The translations under genes and the position numbers were made by a program. The notes below the pieces were generated by a model, which saw only the letters and a program-made list of their open reading frames with translations, made no database searches and was not told the origin of the DNA. From Rhizodiscina lignyota (Eukaryota), in assembly GCA_010015805.1 (NCBI GenBank), contig ML978131.1, positions 558,001-622,000 on the forward strand: DNA of 64,000 bases, read 5' to 3'. Shown here piece after piece: positions 1-12,621 of the stretch (position 1 is its first letter; every line of letters starts with the position of its first letter).

Positions 1-630
1 TGTTTCCTTCTGGAAGACCGCGGGACCCTAGCCAGTCATAGGGCTCTCGCCGTCTGTGCCGGCATTTAAGCTCGAGCTAAGCTTTGACCGGAGACTTGCG
101 AGATCACCAGGAACGCGCCGTTTTGTGGAGATCCAAAAATAAGCTTGCAGATTTTAACGAGGGTTCCTTTAGTCGCTCCCCTTTTTGCCAGCCCAGTCAC
201 GGACCACTGCGATCCCTGTCCAGCAGAGAGTAGTACATGGCCATTATCCTTCACCATTTGAAGCCTCTATGGGTCACCTTGCGCTTACTGTTCAAGGGAA
301 TATTTGACAGCTCATGCGTACCTGCCACTTGCCGCGAGGTACCAGCTGGATAAATTGTGTTGTCTGACAGCACCGTGCCATTCACGAGCCTCAAGCGGAC
401 GGTCCGATGCTACCATACACGGAAGTAGGTGTACGATTACAGATCTTCGGTATCCAGCTGAAGTGTGCAATAATCATGCGGCAAAAGCTGGAACTCTGGA
501 TAAGTATAAATCATTTTCCTTACTCCCAATTTTGGAGAGGGTTTTCCAGAGGATAATCTTCCCGTAGCGGTCCCACGGCTAGCTACTGTCGTTCTTTACT
601 TCCTGTCTCTCGTTAATTTCGGATAAAATA

Positions 631-3600
631 ATGTATATTTCCCGTGTAGTGGCTCTTGCGGTCGCTGCTTGTGGCAGTGTCGCCCTCGCTCTACCAAAGA
701 ATGGAACTTCGAAACCTCATCCGCATTTAGAGCATCATAGAGTGAACGCCACCGCACTGCTGTACCCTCCGTATCATTTCACGCCAGTCAACGCTACCTT
801 CAAGCCGAGTTCAAAGTTAGTATACACATGAGTTTTGATCCGTTCTAAGCTAACGCTCTCTTAATAGAGGTTTGCCTGCTTCTGCTAAGAATCACACAAT
901 TCATCCGCAATCCCCAACTAAGGAACCGAAAAACTCCACCGCCAGCTCAAACAACTCGACCCTTCACTTCAACAATTTCCTGGAAGAAGCCTCTTGCACG
1001 CCTCTTGCTCCGACAAATCCTGGTACTTTCTGGTATGAAAGCATAGATCACAATGGCTTGGCACCTTTCATTGAGGGCTCTGGGTACACTGTCTTTCGAA
1101 ACGTCAAAGACTTTGGTGCAAAAGGTGATGGCAGCACGGACGACTCTATTGCCATTCAAAATGCCATCAATGGTGAGCGAGATCCTCTGTAGCCACATAG
1201 GTCTTGACACTAACAGGAATGATTCATGAATAGCTGGAAGCTCTCAGAACTCGAGGGACAGTGGCGCTTTCGGAAGCACTGGCTCACCCGCAGTCATCTA
1301 TTTCCCTCAGGGAAAATACGTCTTGCAAAAGCCAATCCAGATGTACATCAACACTTTTATCATCGGCGATCCTAATAATAGACCTCAGATCCAGGCTGGG
1401 TCATCATTCAGTGGTTCGACTTTAGTATTCGGAAAAGACCCAAACCTGGGCAGTTCGACCGACTGTTTCTATTCTGGTATCAAAAACATCATATTCGTGT
1501 CCACGGCGATTAGCGCAAGCACAACATTCACTCTACTCGATTGGTCCGTCTCCCAGGCCACCCAGTTACTTAACTGTAAATTTGACATGCCCGATTCCTC
1601 GCAGCATACTGGTATGTCACCCTCGTGTTGAGTCTTGCGCATTCACTCACAGTCACAGGTATTGCTATGCCAGAAGGTGGATCTGGAACGATGATTGGCA
1701 ACCTGCAGTTTGTGGGCGGCAAAATCGGTATCAACATGAGCAACCAGCAGTACCTTCTCAAAGACATCACTTTCGACGGATGCAATGTGGGAATATTCAT
1801 CAGCCATGTGTTTGATTTGGTGGTCGAGAACGCCCAGTTTTCCAACTGCGGCACTGCGATTGATGGTATGAAATTTCTATGTCTAGGTCCTGTTTTTCTG
1901 AGCTGATGAATCATTCAGCAACTTCTGGAGGTGCCGGAAACGTTGGTAGTGTCGCGATTATTGACTGCTCCGTTACGACTACTGGGACTTTCCTCAACAC
2001 CAAGCAGGAGTCGAGCGGAGATGACTCCATTGTCATAGAGAATCTTTCAGCTGATAATTCCGTTCCCGTTACTGTCTCTGCTGGAGGTAACACCATCCTG
2101 ACTGGCGGTGTTTCTGAGACCTGGGTCTATGGTGAGTTCTTGCGCACTGATCCTTTGAAGAACTAGCCAAGTGGGTGACAAAACAGTTGAGTCGTGGCTG
2201 CAATACGGCTCACCGTGAGGATACATACGCCCGTCAGTTAACATAGACTATACACGCTGAGGCTGCGAACTTTGGATAAATACTATCTAGTATATATCTA
2301 ACCGAGCTTTCAGAGATGTTCTAGTCTATGTGGAAGAACAGAACTCGTTCTCACTGCGGGCGATTGTTTAATCGGGCGCTCAGCTATTTCGTCACCCTCG
2401 TGGTAGCTAACAGTGGGAACAGGAAATGCATACGTTCCTGGAGGTCCAATAACTGGTGCGCATCAAACTGGAACCACGTACTCTTCGTCGCGATCTCAGA
2501 CGCTCCTGAATGGTGGCAAATACATCACTTTGACCCCTCCAAATTACAATGAGTACAGCCTGGATCAGATCGTCAACATCAAGTCCGTGTCTGGCTTGCC
2601 GGTCATGGGTGATGGCCAGACCGATGATACAAACAACATCAATCAGATTCTGGCTCAGAGTGCAGGGTGTTCCGTCGTGTACTTCCCAGCCGGAACATAC
2701 ATCGTCACCGATACAATAAAAATTCCTCCGGGATCGCGCATCATTGGTGAAGCTCTTTCTGCTATTAGTGCAAGTGGCGATACGTTCAAAGACGCCAACA
2801 ATCCAGTGCCGATGGTCCAACTTGGCCAGTCTGGAGACCAAGGCGTCGGCCAAATCTCCGACATGCTCTTTACTGTAGCAGACGTTTTGCCAGGGTGTAT
2901 CTTGCTCGAAATCAATATGAAAGGGGCGGCGTTGGGTGATGTTGGCATCTACAACTCCCACTTCAGAATTGGTGGAGCCCTTGGCAGCACAGTCGAAACA
3001 TCATGTCAAAGCACCACTAGCCCGTGTTTGGCAGATTTCTTGCTACTCCATTTGACTCCCACTTCTTCTGCATATGTTGAAAACATGTGGGGCTGGGTTG
3101 CTGACCACGACCTGGATGGATCTCTAGGCTTTGCCAGAATCGCCGGTGGCAGAGGTGCATTGATCGAGTCTACAGTGGGGACATGGATGATTGGTACAGC
3201 GTTCGAGCACTCTACGCTATACCAGTATAATATCAACAGCGCGCAGAATGTTTTCATCTCCATGCAGCAGAGCGAAACTCCATACTGGCAAGGCAATGGA
3301 TCCCCGGACCTTGCACCAGCACCCTGGGTTGCCAACACCGTCACCTACCATGATCCCGACTTTTCAGCCTGCGCGGGAAACGATGCCCTCTGTCGCATGG
3401 CGTGGTTCGAACGGATTTCAGGAGGAAGCGACATTTTCATCTGGGGACCTGGCTTCTGGACCTTCTTCAACCACGAATCTCAAACCTGTTCCGGTCAAGA
3501 CGGAACTTGTCAAGACAATGCCATTGAAGTTGTCTCGAACCCAGAGAGACTCTTCATGTACAATATCAACACGAAGAGCAACTTGAACGTCTTGATCAAC

Positions 3601-4398
3601 AATGGACAAACGCTTGTCACGCAGAACAACAACCCTGGCAGCTGGGGTGCCGTAGTCGCAGCATTCCTCGCGGACTCTGGAAGTAGCACCAGCACTAACC
3701 CGCCACCACCGCCACCAACTGGGCCGAGTGGACCTCAGGTCACAAACTCCGAGGCGTTCTCTACCGGCGCTGGTAATACAGACAATGCTAACATCAATGA
3801 TGGCACTGGAAATGGTGGGACAGACACTTATAAATGCTATTCCGGAGGTTGGCAAAACTATCCTCCTTCATCGGAATGGATCGAGTTCGACGCAATGTGG
3901 AACTACAGTATTGCTGCCATGCAGTCAGGCTGCAGCGATATTGGAATCAACCCTGATGATACGAATGAGCAAATTGGAGAGATCTACAATGCCATTCAGC
4001 AAGTTGCTCAGAACAGTCTTGTTGACCACCGCTACATTCTGGCCACTATCATGCAGGAGTCTATCGGCTGCGTTTGGGTCGGCACTTCGTTTGATCAAGA
4101 CGGCGGCGCGAACCCTGGGCTCATGCAGAGCGCTGGTGGCGTTTCATATGATCCGAGCAATTCTCAGAGCAGCATCACGCAAATGGTTGTCGACGGCACG
4201 CAAGGTACATCTCAGGGCGACGGACTGGTTCAAGCCATCAATATATATGGCAATATCTACGAAGCTGCACGATACTACAACTCCGGCGAGGTGGATGAGA
4301 GTGATCTCAACAATGGCGAGGGGGCCACTAATACGTATGTGACTGACGTGGCCAATCGCATGACGGGCTGGGTCTACGCAGCGCCAGCCAACTGTTAA
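631..4398 (+). CDS. Secreted GH55 exo-beta-1,3-glucanase with a C-terminal lysozyme-like (SLT/GH23-type) domain
   Basis: Signal peptide MYISRVVALAVAACGSVALA. GH55 motifs VFRNVKDFGAKGDGSTDDS, VYFPAGTYIVTDT, ENMWGWVADHDLD, QSETPYWQ. Introns that restore frame: 816-867, 1173-1233, 1612-1658, 1866-1918, 2132-2422. Pro/Ser linker, then IMQES / GLMQ / YYNSG motifs. Confidence 0.92.
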
Positions 4399-5249
4399 TA
4401 ATGTTCAAATGACATTTCTTTGGGTATATCAATACAAAATTTCATTCTTCTGCGGTCGAAGAGTCTGCCGACACAGGTGCCACCAGTTCGAAGCTAAGAA
4501 TCATCCAAGTGATCCAAACTCGTGTCTTAAATGAGTTGTGGTATCTGGAACTGCGTAACATGAGAAAGCTAAGTCATAAGATAGCGTGAGCTCACATGCC
4601 AAACGCTAGTAGGCTTACAAGGGTGACGAAAGAGTTAGTCGTAGCCTTTAAGACACTCACTAGCAATAACGTATAGCCTACGAATCCAATACTAGCATAC
4701 AAGATTTTCCAAGGTAAGCTTCTACGTATACATCCAAAAGGACGTAGACTAAGCTTGCAGAGATAGTCTCACTCCCCTTGAAGTGTAAAAATTACTTTTC
4801 TTTAGATGTTTCAGCTTGCTCGACACTATTTCGTCACTCTCGAGTACGCCTTATAATAGTGCAACTGTTATAATAGGTAAACTCATAATCACAACGTGCA
4901 AGACCTCTTACTTTCGTGCCACTTTTGACGAAATGCTGTTAAGTTTGCACGATTATTCTTAGGGGGGTAGCTCTCCACCGGGGTCAAAATCGGGCGGTTT
5001 CGGCCCCTAAAAATGGATTAATAAGCAAATTACTAAATAAACTGTGGACTACCTATAACTTAAATCTGACGCGTCTTCTATACATTTCTAATTTCCTACT
5101 CTTTCTTTTCCTTCTCTTCCTCCTTCCTCCTTTCTTCTTCTTATGCTTCCCCATTTCCCGCTGATAATACCAGTACTTCTATTACTTTAGCTGGTTTACC
5201 ATTCCCGTTGCTCTGATGCCTGTTCCTACAGTGCCTCCTGCAGTGCCTA

Positions 5250-6918
5250 TCACTGCGATTCCTGTTGCTGTTGCAATTTCACGTACAAGCTACGAGCTCT
5301 CAAATTTCGACCCCAAAGGAATATTATCAACGGCACCGGCGCCGTGACAAGTGATATAAAGGCCATAGTCGAGATCGCCCAGGGGAATCCAAGATTTTGA
5401 GTCATTGGAACGACAAAGAGCGGCACTGCGATGCTGAAGGCGTACCGTACGATATTGTCTGCAGCTAGAGCTGAAGCGCCGAAATGGATGCCATATATAT
5501 CGTTCTTGTAAAGTGGCATGGAGAGCTTGCATCGGTTAATAAGAAATAGCGGAAGGTTGTAAGGGGGTGGGTTCAAACCATTATAAAGATAAATGATACC
5601 CCGACTAGGAATCCCGCCATTACTGGAATAATCCAATGGAAAGTAGGTTTAGCGGTCCAAGCTAGCCTATAAAACTCGGTAAGCTCTGACCTGCTATGTA
5701 ACGCTTCAGGAGAAACTAACCAGAACAGCGCAACTGGCATAAGGGGACCACCAACAATCGCCACAACCAATCTATTCTCATATGGGATATCCTGACCCGC
5801 TGCAGCAGCCCTTGCAACGGATGGTAGATAAATGCGTTTGTCACATATACTGATGACTGCCAGACCAACAACGCTACCAACAAGGACAGCTCCGAACGGC
5901 ATGACACTCTGGTACAGAGTAAAGCCAAAAACCTCAGAGAACAGAAGCGGATACGCGCCGTAAAAGAAGTACAGCACACCCTGAAAGATGCCTACCAACA
6001 GGGCAGTCGGCCAAATGAGCATCTCCTTGACCAGCATATGGCAGCTTCTGCCCAAAGAGATGGCAATGATCCAGAACGCGTTGCCTTTTTGGTCAACTTG
6101 CTCGCCTCTTCGCATGCGGTCGTTGCGCCGAAGCGTTGGAGGAAATGATTCTGCCCTAGGAAGGATGAAGATGGCGCAGAGCCCGAGCATCATTGCTGTT
6201 AGCCAAAACGCCCATCTCCAGTTATCGTTGCAAGCATGTACGATGCCTGCACCAGCGAGCGGTCCGACCTCCGTAGCCCAAATCTGTCCTGCGGCGTACA
6301 AACCCGCCATCAAGTTGCCCAGAGCCTCTCCCTTCGTGTCCCAAACGTCGGTTATGGCGCCTATCCCGATCACGACGACGGGAGCTATTGCGAAAGCTGA
6401 CAGGAAGCGGACCACCATAAGCCCCGGATAATTGTGTACGAGCGCGCAGACAATATTGAACACAATAGATAGCGGTAGCCCGATTACGTATACAACTCGA
6501 CGGCCGTAAACCTCAGATACGGATACCGCAATGACCGGGGCAAGAAGGAATCCAGCCGCAGCGATTGAGATGATAGCCAGCGATTGCGTATCCGAGACAT
6601 TGAAATCCAAGGCGACTCCAGGGATGGATCCAACGGCAACTGAGATGGAGAAGTTTCTAAAGGACAATACAGAATTCAGCGGCCCACTCTCCGGAGTGCG
6701 AGAAGGTGTAAGAAGAATGAGGTTGCTCACCCAACAAACGCGACTAGGATAGGACCGGACGCCAACCACAGTCTCCTTTTTTGCGGCCATGATCGTGGCT
6801 GAAGCGGGTCAGGCCCGGACGGACTCGCAGTCACAGGGTTTTCGGCGTCGGACGAACCTAGCTCAAAGACATCTCTTTGAGTCATAGAACGATACTGGTC
6901 GACTTTGTCTGCAGACAT
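5250..6918 (-). CDS. MFS transporter (DHA1-like drug:H+ antiporter)
   Basis: PLQPRSWP N-terminal motif, SEVYGRRVVY, WRWAFW, YENRL, SALAA..VRY; many TM segments. Introns 6657-6730, 5667-5720 and 5526-5578 join the three ORF pieces. Confidence 0.9.
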
Positions 6919-7110
6919 ATTGTAGGCGAATGTAGTAGGACCGAGAAGAGTTGGGAAGATAGGACCTTCTCCCTTTTCTCTGATGTGAATATATCACGGT
7001 TACCTCGGACGTGGTACGGAGTGGGAAATACTATATTCTCGGGAAGACAAGGCTAACAAGTGCAGTCCCCCTAATGAGTGACTAGGAATCAATATCTCGT
7101 TCTATGGCCA

Positions 7111-7188
7111 AGAAATGCTAGAGAGAAATGCTAGAGCGCGTGCGGCCGAGGCGGCCGAGGCTCGTTGGAGCGGCCGGAGCGGCTGAAG
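7111..7188. promoter_or_regulatory. Duplicated 13-mer and CGG/CCG-rich cluster in the divergent MFS/P450 promoter (putative Zn2Cys6 sites)
   Basis: AGAAATGCTAGAG twice (7111-7136), GCGGCCGAG twice (7142-7159), then GAGCGGCCGGAGCGGC. The CGG-triplet function is inferred. Confidence 0.4.
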
Positions 7189-7389
7189 AACTTATCTCAA
7201 GTGTTAATCTACTCGCTTCGTTCTGAATGGTCCTTGGTATTAACATGGTTCATAAATATACGCGTCATTTGGGGATTTGTCACGTACTCGAATGAATGCC
7301 GCTCCTATAATGGAACGTCCGATGAGGTGCCTCACCTTTCATAATTTTTTGGTATTATCACTCATTGAAAATTGCATATTCCGCTTAGC

Positions 7390-9091
7390 ATGGAGTGGAT
7401 ATTATATTCTATTCTCTTCCTAACGCTTTCCGCTCTCGTCTTCGGGCTGAGGGAAGTATGGAAAGCACCAAACGCTCTTACTGTCCTGCCGGGGCATTTT
7501 TTGAACAGACTGTCAACTGTATGGACACATGGAAAGGCACTGTCCTGAGGCTAATGATCGTTAATAGATCCCTCTTCTGGCCTCATTCATTCACGGTTCT
7601 ATGCCGTGGCAATTGCACGAGTCACATCAGAAATATGGTTTGTGCTTTCTTTTGGCCAAGCAGCCTAGTTTAGTTTCAAACTCACTCGGAAGTACTATAG
7701 GGGGCATGATACGAATTTCACCATTGCGGATTTCAACCAATACTATCACTGCTCGGAGAGACATTTATGGCTCACGCCCAACAAGTAAGGGAGGGTTCAC
7801 TAAATGTGGCTTCTACTTACACCTCGGCCGTCGACCTCAATTTTTCGGCGAACCCGATACTCGAAAGCATGGCGCAGTTCGAAAGCTCTTTGCTACGTCC
7901 TTCACGCCTGGCAGCATACATAAGAGAGAAATGATCGAACACAATGTTTCCGAGGAGGTCCAAAAGCTTATGGAGAGACTACAATTGCAATTAGTGGTTC
8001 GAGAGCATTGCCCAGAAGCAGAACAAACCGTCGACCTTCGGCACTGGTTCCTGTGCTTCTCAGCCGATATCGTATCTCGCTTTGTTCTTGGAACTTCACT
8101 GGACTGTTTAGATAGAGGTAAGGACTTGGTACGTTCTTGAAACATTCGCTTACTCGATTTGCACAAAGGAAGTCTTCCGGTGTGGTTCTCACAAGTCTCA
8201 AGGATATTCTACTGGGCCTCGCTGTTCGACTGTTTGGATAGCCTCGGCCTTACCAACATCTTCCAGCGAGCTCTTCGACTGTTTTTCTCAGAAAAGAACG
8301 CAAAGCTTCAGGCCTCCCGGGACGAGGCTATTCTAGGTTCAATGGAGCATCTCGACACAAACCGTTTGGACGCTGTGGCCGCAGCCGTGCGACAACTAGA
8401 TCCTTCCCCACAAATGAAGAATGAGCTTCTGGGCCACGTACAATCCATCTTACTCGGAGGTACCGATCCAATGACGACGGCATTGACTAGCATAGTGCAC
8501 TATACGCTACAGTCCCCTCAGACTCACGCAAAGCTCAAGGCCGAAATTCGCTCCTCACTTACTTCATTCGACAGCCTCACGGTACAACAAGCCAATGACC
8601 TCCCTTACCTAAATGCAGTGATCAAGGAAACGTTGAGAATATATCCTCCTGTAGCAACTGTGTTGCCCAGAAAATCGCCAGGTGCTGTTGTCGATGGTAC
8701 CTACATCCCACCGGATGTGCATGTGTCGTCATGTATGCTTGCAATACATCACAACCCAACGTATTTCAGCGAACCTGACAAATTCATTCCCGAACGGTGG
8801 CTAGATGGAGGGACAGGAGATAACCTCGAAGCCAGCCAGCCATTTTCGATTGGTCCCAGGGGTTGTATTGGTAAACAGTAAGACCTACCCAGCCCTCTAA
8901 CGAGTACTACATCTGACGTCATAAGCCTGGCAACTTTCTCCCTTCAGTATACGGTTATTGCGCTCTTCTTAAAATTCGACATGCAGTGTAACGAAGCGCC
9001 TTGCGACTGGCCGAAGCGGAATAAGAATTACTCTACGTGGATTACACCCTCTCTTTACGTTTCCTTACGAGAACGAAAGCCTCATTTTTGA
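7390..9091 (+). CDS. Cytochrome P450 monooxygenase
   Basis: ATG 7390 gives membrane anchor MEWILYSILFLTLSALVFGL. Introns 7519-7567, 7638-7700, 8118-8168, 8878-8925. Motifs HQKYGGMIRISP, ETLR (ExxR), PERW, FSIGPRGCIG (heme Cys). TGA at 9089-9091. Confidence 0.92.
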
Positions 9092-9744
9092 GTCCAAGGG
9101 CGAACAAGACGAGATACTTGTCGAATGATCTAGAAGATATCGAGTATTCCCAGAATATTCCGGGGTATCGACGGCATCTGAAGGACACACTGGTGAACTG
9201 AGTAGGAGGGACAACTGGGAAGGACTCTACTGTTTGGGAACTTCTGACTTGGGTTCACTCTCATCTATATACTCGTTCGTTATATCAGCTTCACTCTCAA
9301 AACCATCCTCATCGTGCATATCGTCTTCACTGTCATTGTCGCTCTCGGCGCAGCGTGTACGAAGTCGATTGTAAAACGGTGCCGTAACCTTCAGATCTTT
9401 CACATTTCTAGGATGCTTTGCCCTTCAGACGAGGATGGAAAGCCCAAGGCAGGCAAGACAATGCTCATTTATCGCGCGTACTGTGACCGATCTGTACAAT
9501 GCGCGTATATGTGCTTATAAAGTTGTCTTACACCTGCGATAAGTTTTTGAGGTCGGCTTTGTCGCTGATCTAAGTCCGTTATCAGCAATTTGAGAGGGTT
9601 TCCCCTGAGAACTGACGCGCTGAGTGACCAAGGATAAGATCTCATTCTCATCAGACCAAACTTGAAGCGGCAGGGCACGCACTTCCACAAAGATGGTAGA
9701 TTGCAGGTTCTACAATACACCACTTAAAAAATCAGTACAGGATG

Positions 9745-11381
9745 CTACCTCTCTCCATCTTCCACTTTCAGTTCTACAAAGAACCATGTATGTTCCAATA
9801 TTCTATTACGATGCAGCGAAACTACGACTCGCTTCATCCTTGATTCACCTCGCAGATGATGTATTTGGAGAACCTTTGTCGAAGGTGATTGTGCATCATC
9901 ATGGAAAGATATAAGGTAGCCGAAGTCGAAAGTCAGGCTTAACCTACCTATCTCATCATACTCATCCCTTCGCAGCAAATCCCATTCCCAATACCCAGCC
10001 GAATACGGAGCCCCGCGTGGATTTCTGAATCGAAAACACAATACGAAAGGTCCAAACTCATCACTCCATCCTGGTTTGAAGCGTAGGTGATAGATAGAAT
10101 GGTCGTCAGAAGCTGCTAGGAGTGTGCCAAGGGAAGAAGACCAAAACTCTCCAGGTTTGACGGTTTCGAGACCGAAGTTGGGATGCGCAAGGTTCTCGGG
10201 ATTTCGTATGTGCAGGAAATGCCTACCTACGGCATCTGAATGTTTCATAGTGAGACTCTTGGGGACGGCGAGCTTATGATATTCGTTTGTTCTAATGCTC
10301 AAAGGACAGGAGGCGTATAGGTGAGGGAGAGCGCGAACAAAAAGCCCAGGCGCAACTAATTGAAGGTATACATCGTAACTGTCCAGTTGATTCCAGAGGC
10401 CAATTTGGTTTTCGGAAGCACTGTTTGGAAGATTATAGTGCAGTGTTGGTAAGATAATTTGTCCTGGGCCATCGCCCAGCGCAAATGGAGCGTGAAAGGT
10501 TATGCCTCGATTCGAGACAGAAAATTCGATCCCGGATAGTAGCGATGTCTGGACTGTTGGGCGTAGCCTCGATGCATCCCTGAATTCTCTCGGCGATGGA
10601 GCAAGAACCCCCATAAAATCTTGACGATATCCTGGTAAGGCTCTCCAAGCGAAAATTGACAAGTCGTTGGTGCTTTGAATGATCTCCTGTTGTAGCCGCT
10701 GGAACGCTTTGTTTCCTTCTCCGTAGATCATTGTCATGTTGATATCGAATATACCAAGTAAGGAGTATGCCATATCCTCCTCCCGAGTGGTTATTCTACT
10801 GGCAGCCCATGACATGCGAACTGCGACGGGAACATCAGTAAGCTCTGTTTCGCCAGTCAACACAGATTCGATGATTCCGGATACTTGAGCAATCTCGGCG
10901 CAAAGATCTCGTTTGGTTCCTCGCGGTTGCCAGTTCAGGTCGTAGAAGATGACGTCCTTGGACGGTAGAAGCTCTTGTAGAGTCCACCCTCGAGTAAACC
11001 ATTTACAATGTGTAAAGTTGCTGTCCTCTGGTTTCCAGTCCGCCAAGAAAGCACAGCAGATGTCAGCTTGGCTGTACCACTTGAACATTGAATTGATGCT
11101 TTCAGTTAGTTCGGCGCTGCTTGACTTATCAATGCAACAAGTGTCGACCCAAGCGTATTCAAGATATTCCTCACGAGCTAGTTGACAAGTCATCTCGATC
11201 TTCTTGAATCCGCATTTCGATTGCGCTTTCAACCTGGCCTCATCGCTCTTCATGTCTTCGAAAGAGACTTCATCGTCATCTAGGTCGCCCCATGTGTGTG
11301 TGAAAGTATAGCAAATCGCGGTGTTTTGTCGATGCTAGGAAATGACTTGAATTGAAGAGTCGAAGTGTTGATGAGTCTCAT
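9745..11381 (-). pseudogene. HET-domain protein (HET-E N-terminal type) with a +2 frameshift near the start
   Basis: ATG 11381 reads MRLINTSTLQFKSF...FAILSHT, then HGAT* (TAG 11282-11280). The expected WGDLDDDEVSFEDM lies in another frame, continuous with the 502-aa ORF (WVDTCCIDKSSSAEL, WFTRGWTLQELL, TREEDMAYSLLGIF, YGEG). Confidence 0.85.
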
Positions 11382-12621
11382 GTCGTAGGAGATTGGATAT
11401 TAATGGTTGTTAAGATAAAATTTGCATCCTTTGATGGTGTAACAATCTACAAACACTCGTGAGCATTCGGATCTGGGTCTAGCCTGCTTTATATGGCCGT
11501 GGAGAGGCAAAAAGTCGCAAACTTCCGGCGTTGCGTTGCTGGCGACCGGTGAAGCGGATCCAGACATCCCTGGATTTACTTCTGCAATGTTCGATGGCAC
11601 ATAGCTCATTCGCAAGTCACCGTGTATTCACGAATCATATCTGACCATTTTCGGCCCTCGTTTCGAGAATAACAGGCGATCAAGCACCGGTTAAGACACG
11701 CAATTGACCGGTACTGTGAATTTAGGTTTAGGGCAGGAGGCCGAGCCGCCCTTGCATAAGTGCGGGCCTGGGTATGGTTGGCTATGGGCAGAGCTGAAGA
11801 CGAAGGCGATGCCGTTGAAGAGTTTCTTGCTGAACAGGAGGTAGGCAGATATTGCGTACCGAAATCCCGTTACATTGACGGGTGCTGTGCAGGTGATCCA
11901 AAATTGAACTATGATCGAATTGCAGCATCTAAAAGTGCGCAACATTAGAAAGCCACTCATGGAATACTGTGAGCTCATATGCCACGCGCCGTCCGGGCCG
12001 CGAAGGTGACTTAAAGGTTGGCCACAACTCTCAATACACTAAACAGCAATAGCGTGTAACCTCTGTAACTAACAAGGCGTATGATTTTTCAAGAATGCGC
12101 CATCGCTGTGTACATCCCGAAGAACGTAGAATATATAAGTTGTCACCTTCGAGTACGCCTTATGGATAATAATGGCGATGCGACTTTCGCTCCAACTGCG
12201 GGCCATAGCACTTGAGGCCGCTAGCAGCAGTGCGGCACTGTCCAGGTGTCTAATGTTCCTCAATAGAAGAAAGATTATTCTCAGGCTGCAGTGGTGTCGA
12301 AAACAACGGGTAAGAATGTATGGACAGGAGTTGAGTTTCAATACCATAGAATAAAGACGAAGCTTGGAAAATGAGGCTGCTCGGAGCTTTATTTGACACT
12401 CTCACGATATCGATGGTTGCCCGTCGCAACGCCCGGCTTGGCAAGCTGCGTCCGAAACCCAACCCCTGCGCATCACAGCGCGGAGCTACTTCATCGCCAA
12501 AACGACTTCTCAGCAACCTACAATTCCAACTTCGCCGCGTTTTCGCTTCTACTGCGAATACTTTTACGACCGTTTTACTTTACCTGAAATATCAGAATCG
12601 AATTGCAACTTTTCCGTAGGC

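Noticed and set aside
11400..12600. Short ORFs and one TTAGGTTTAGGG between HET and kinesin
   Set aside because: No domain signal, stops in the plausible frames, and a single degenerate motif only.
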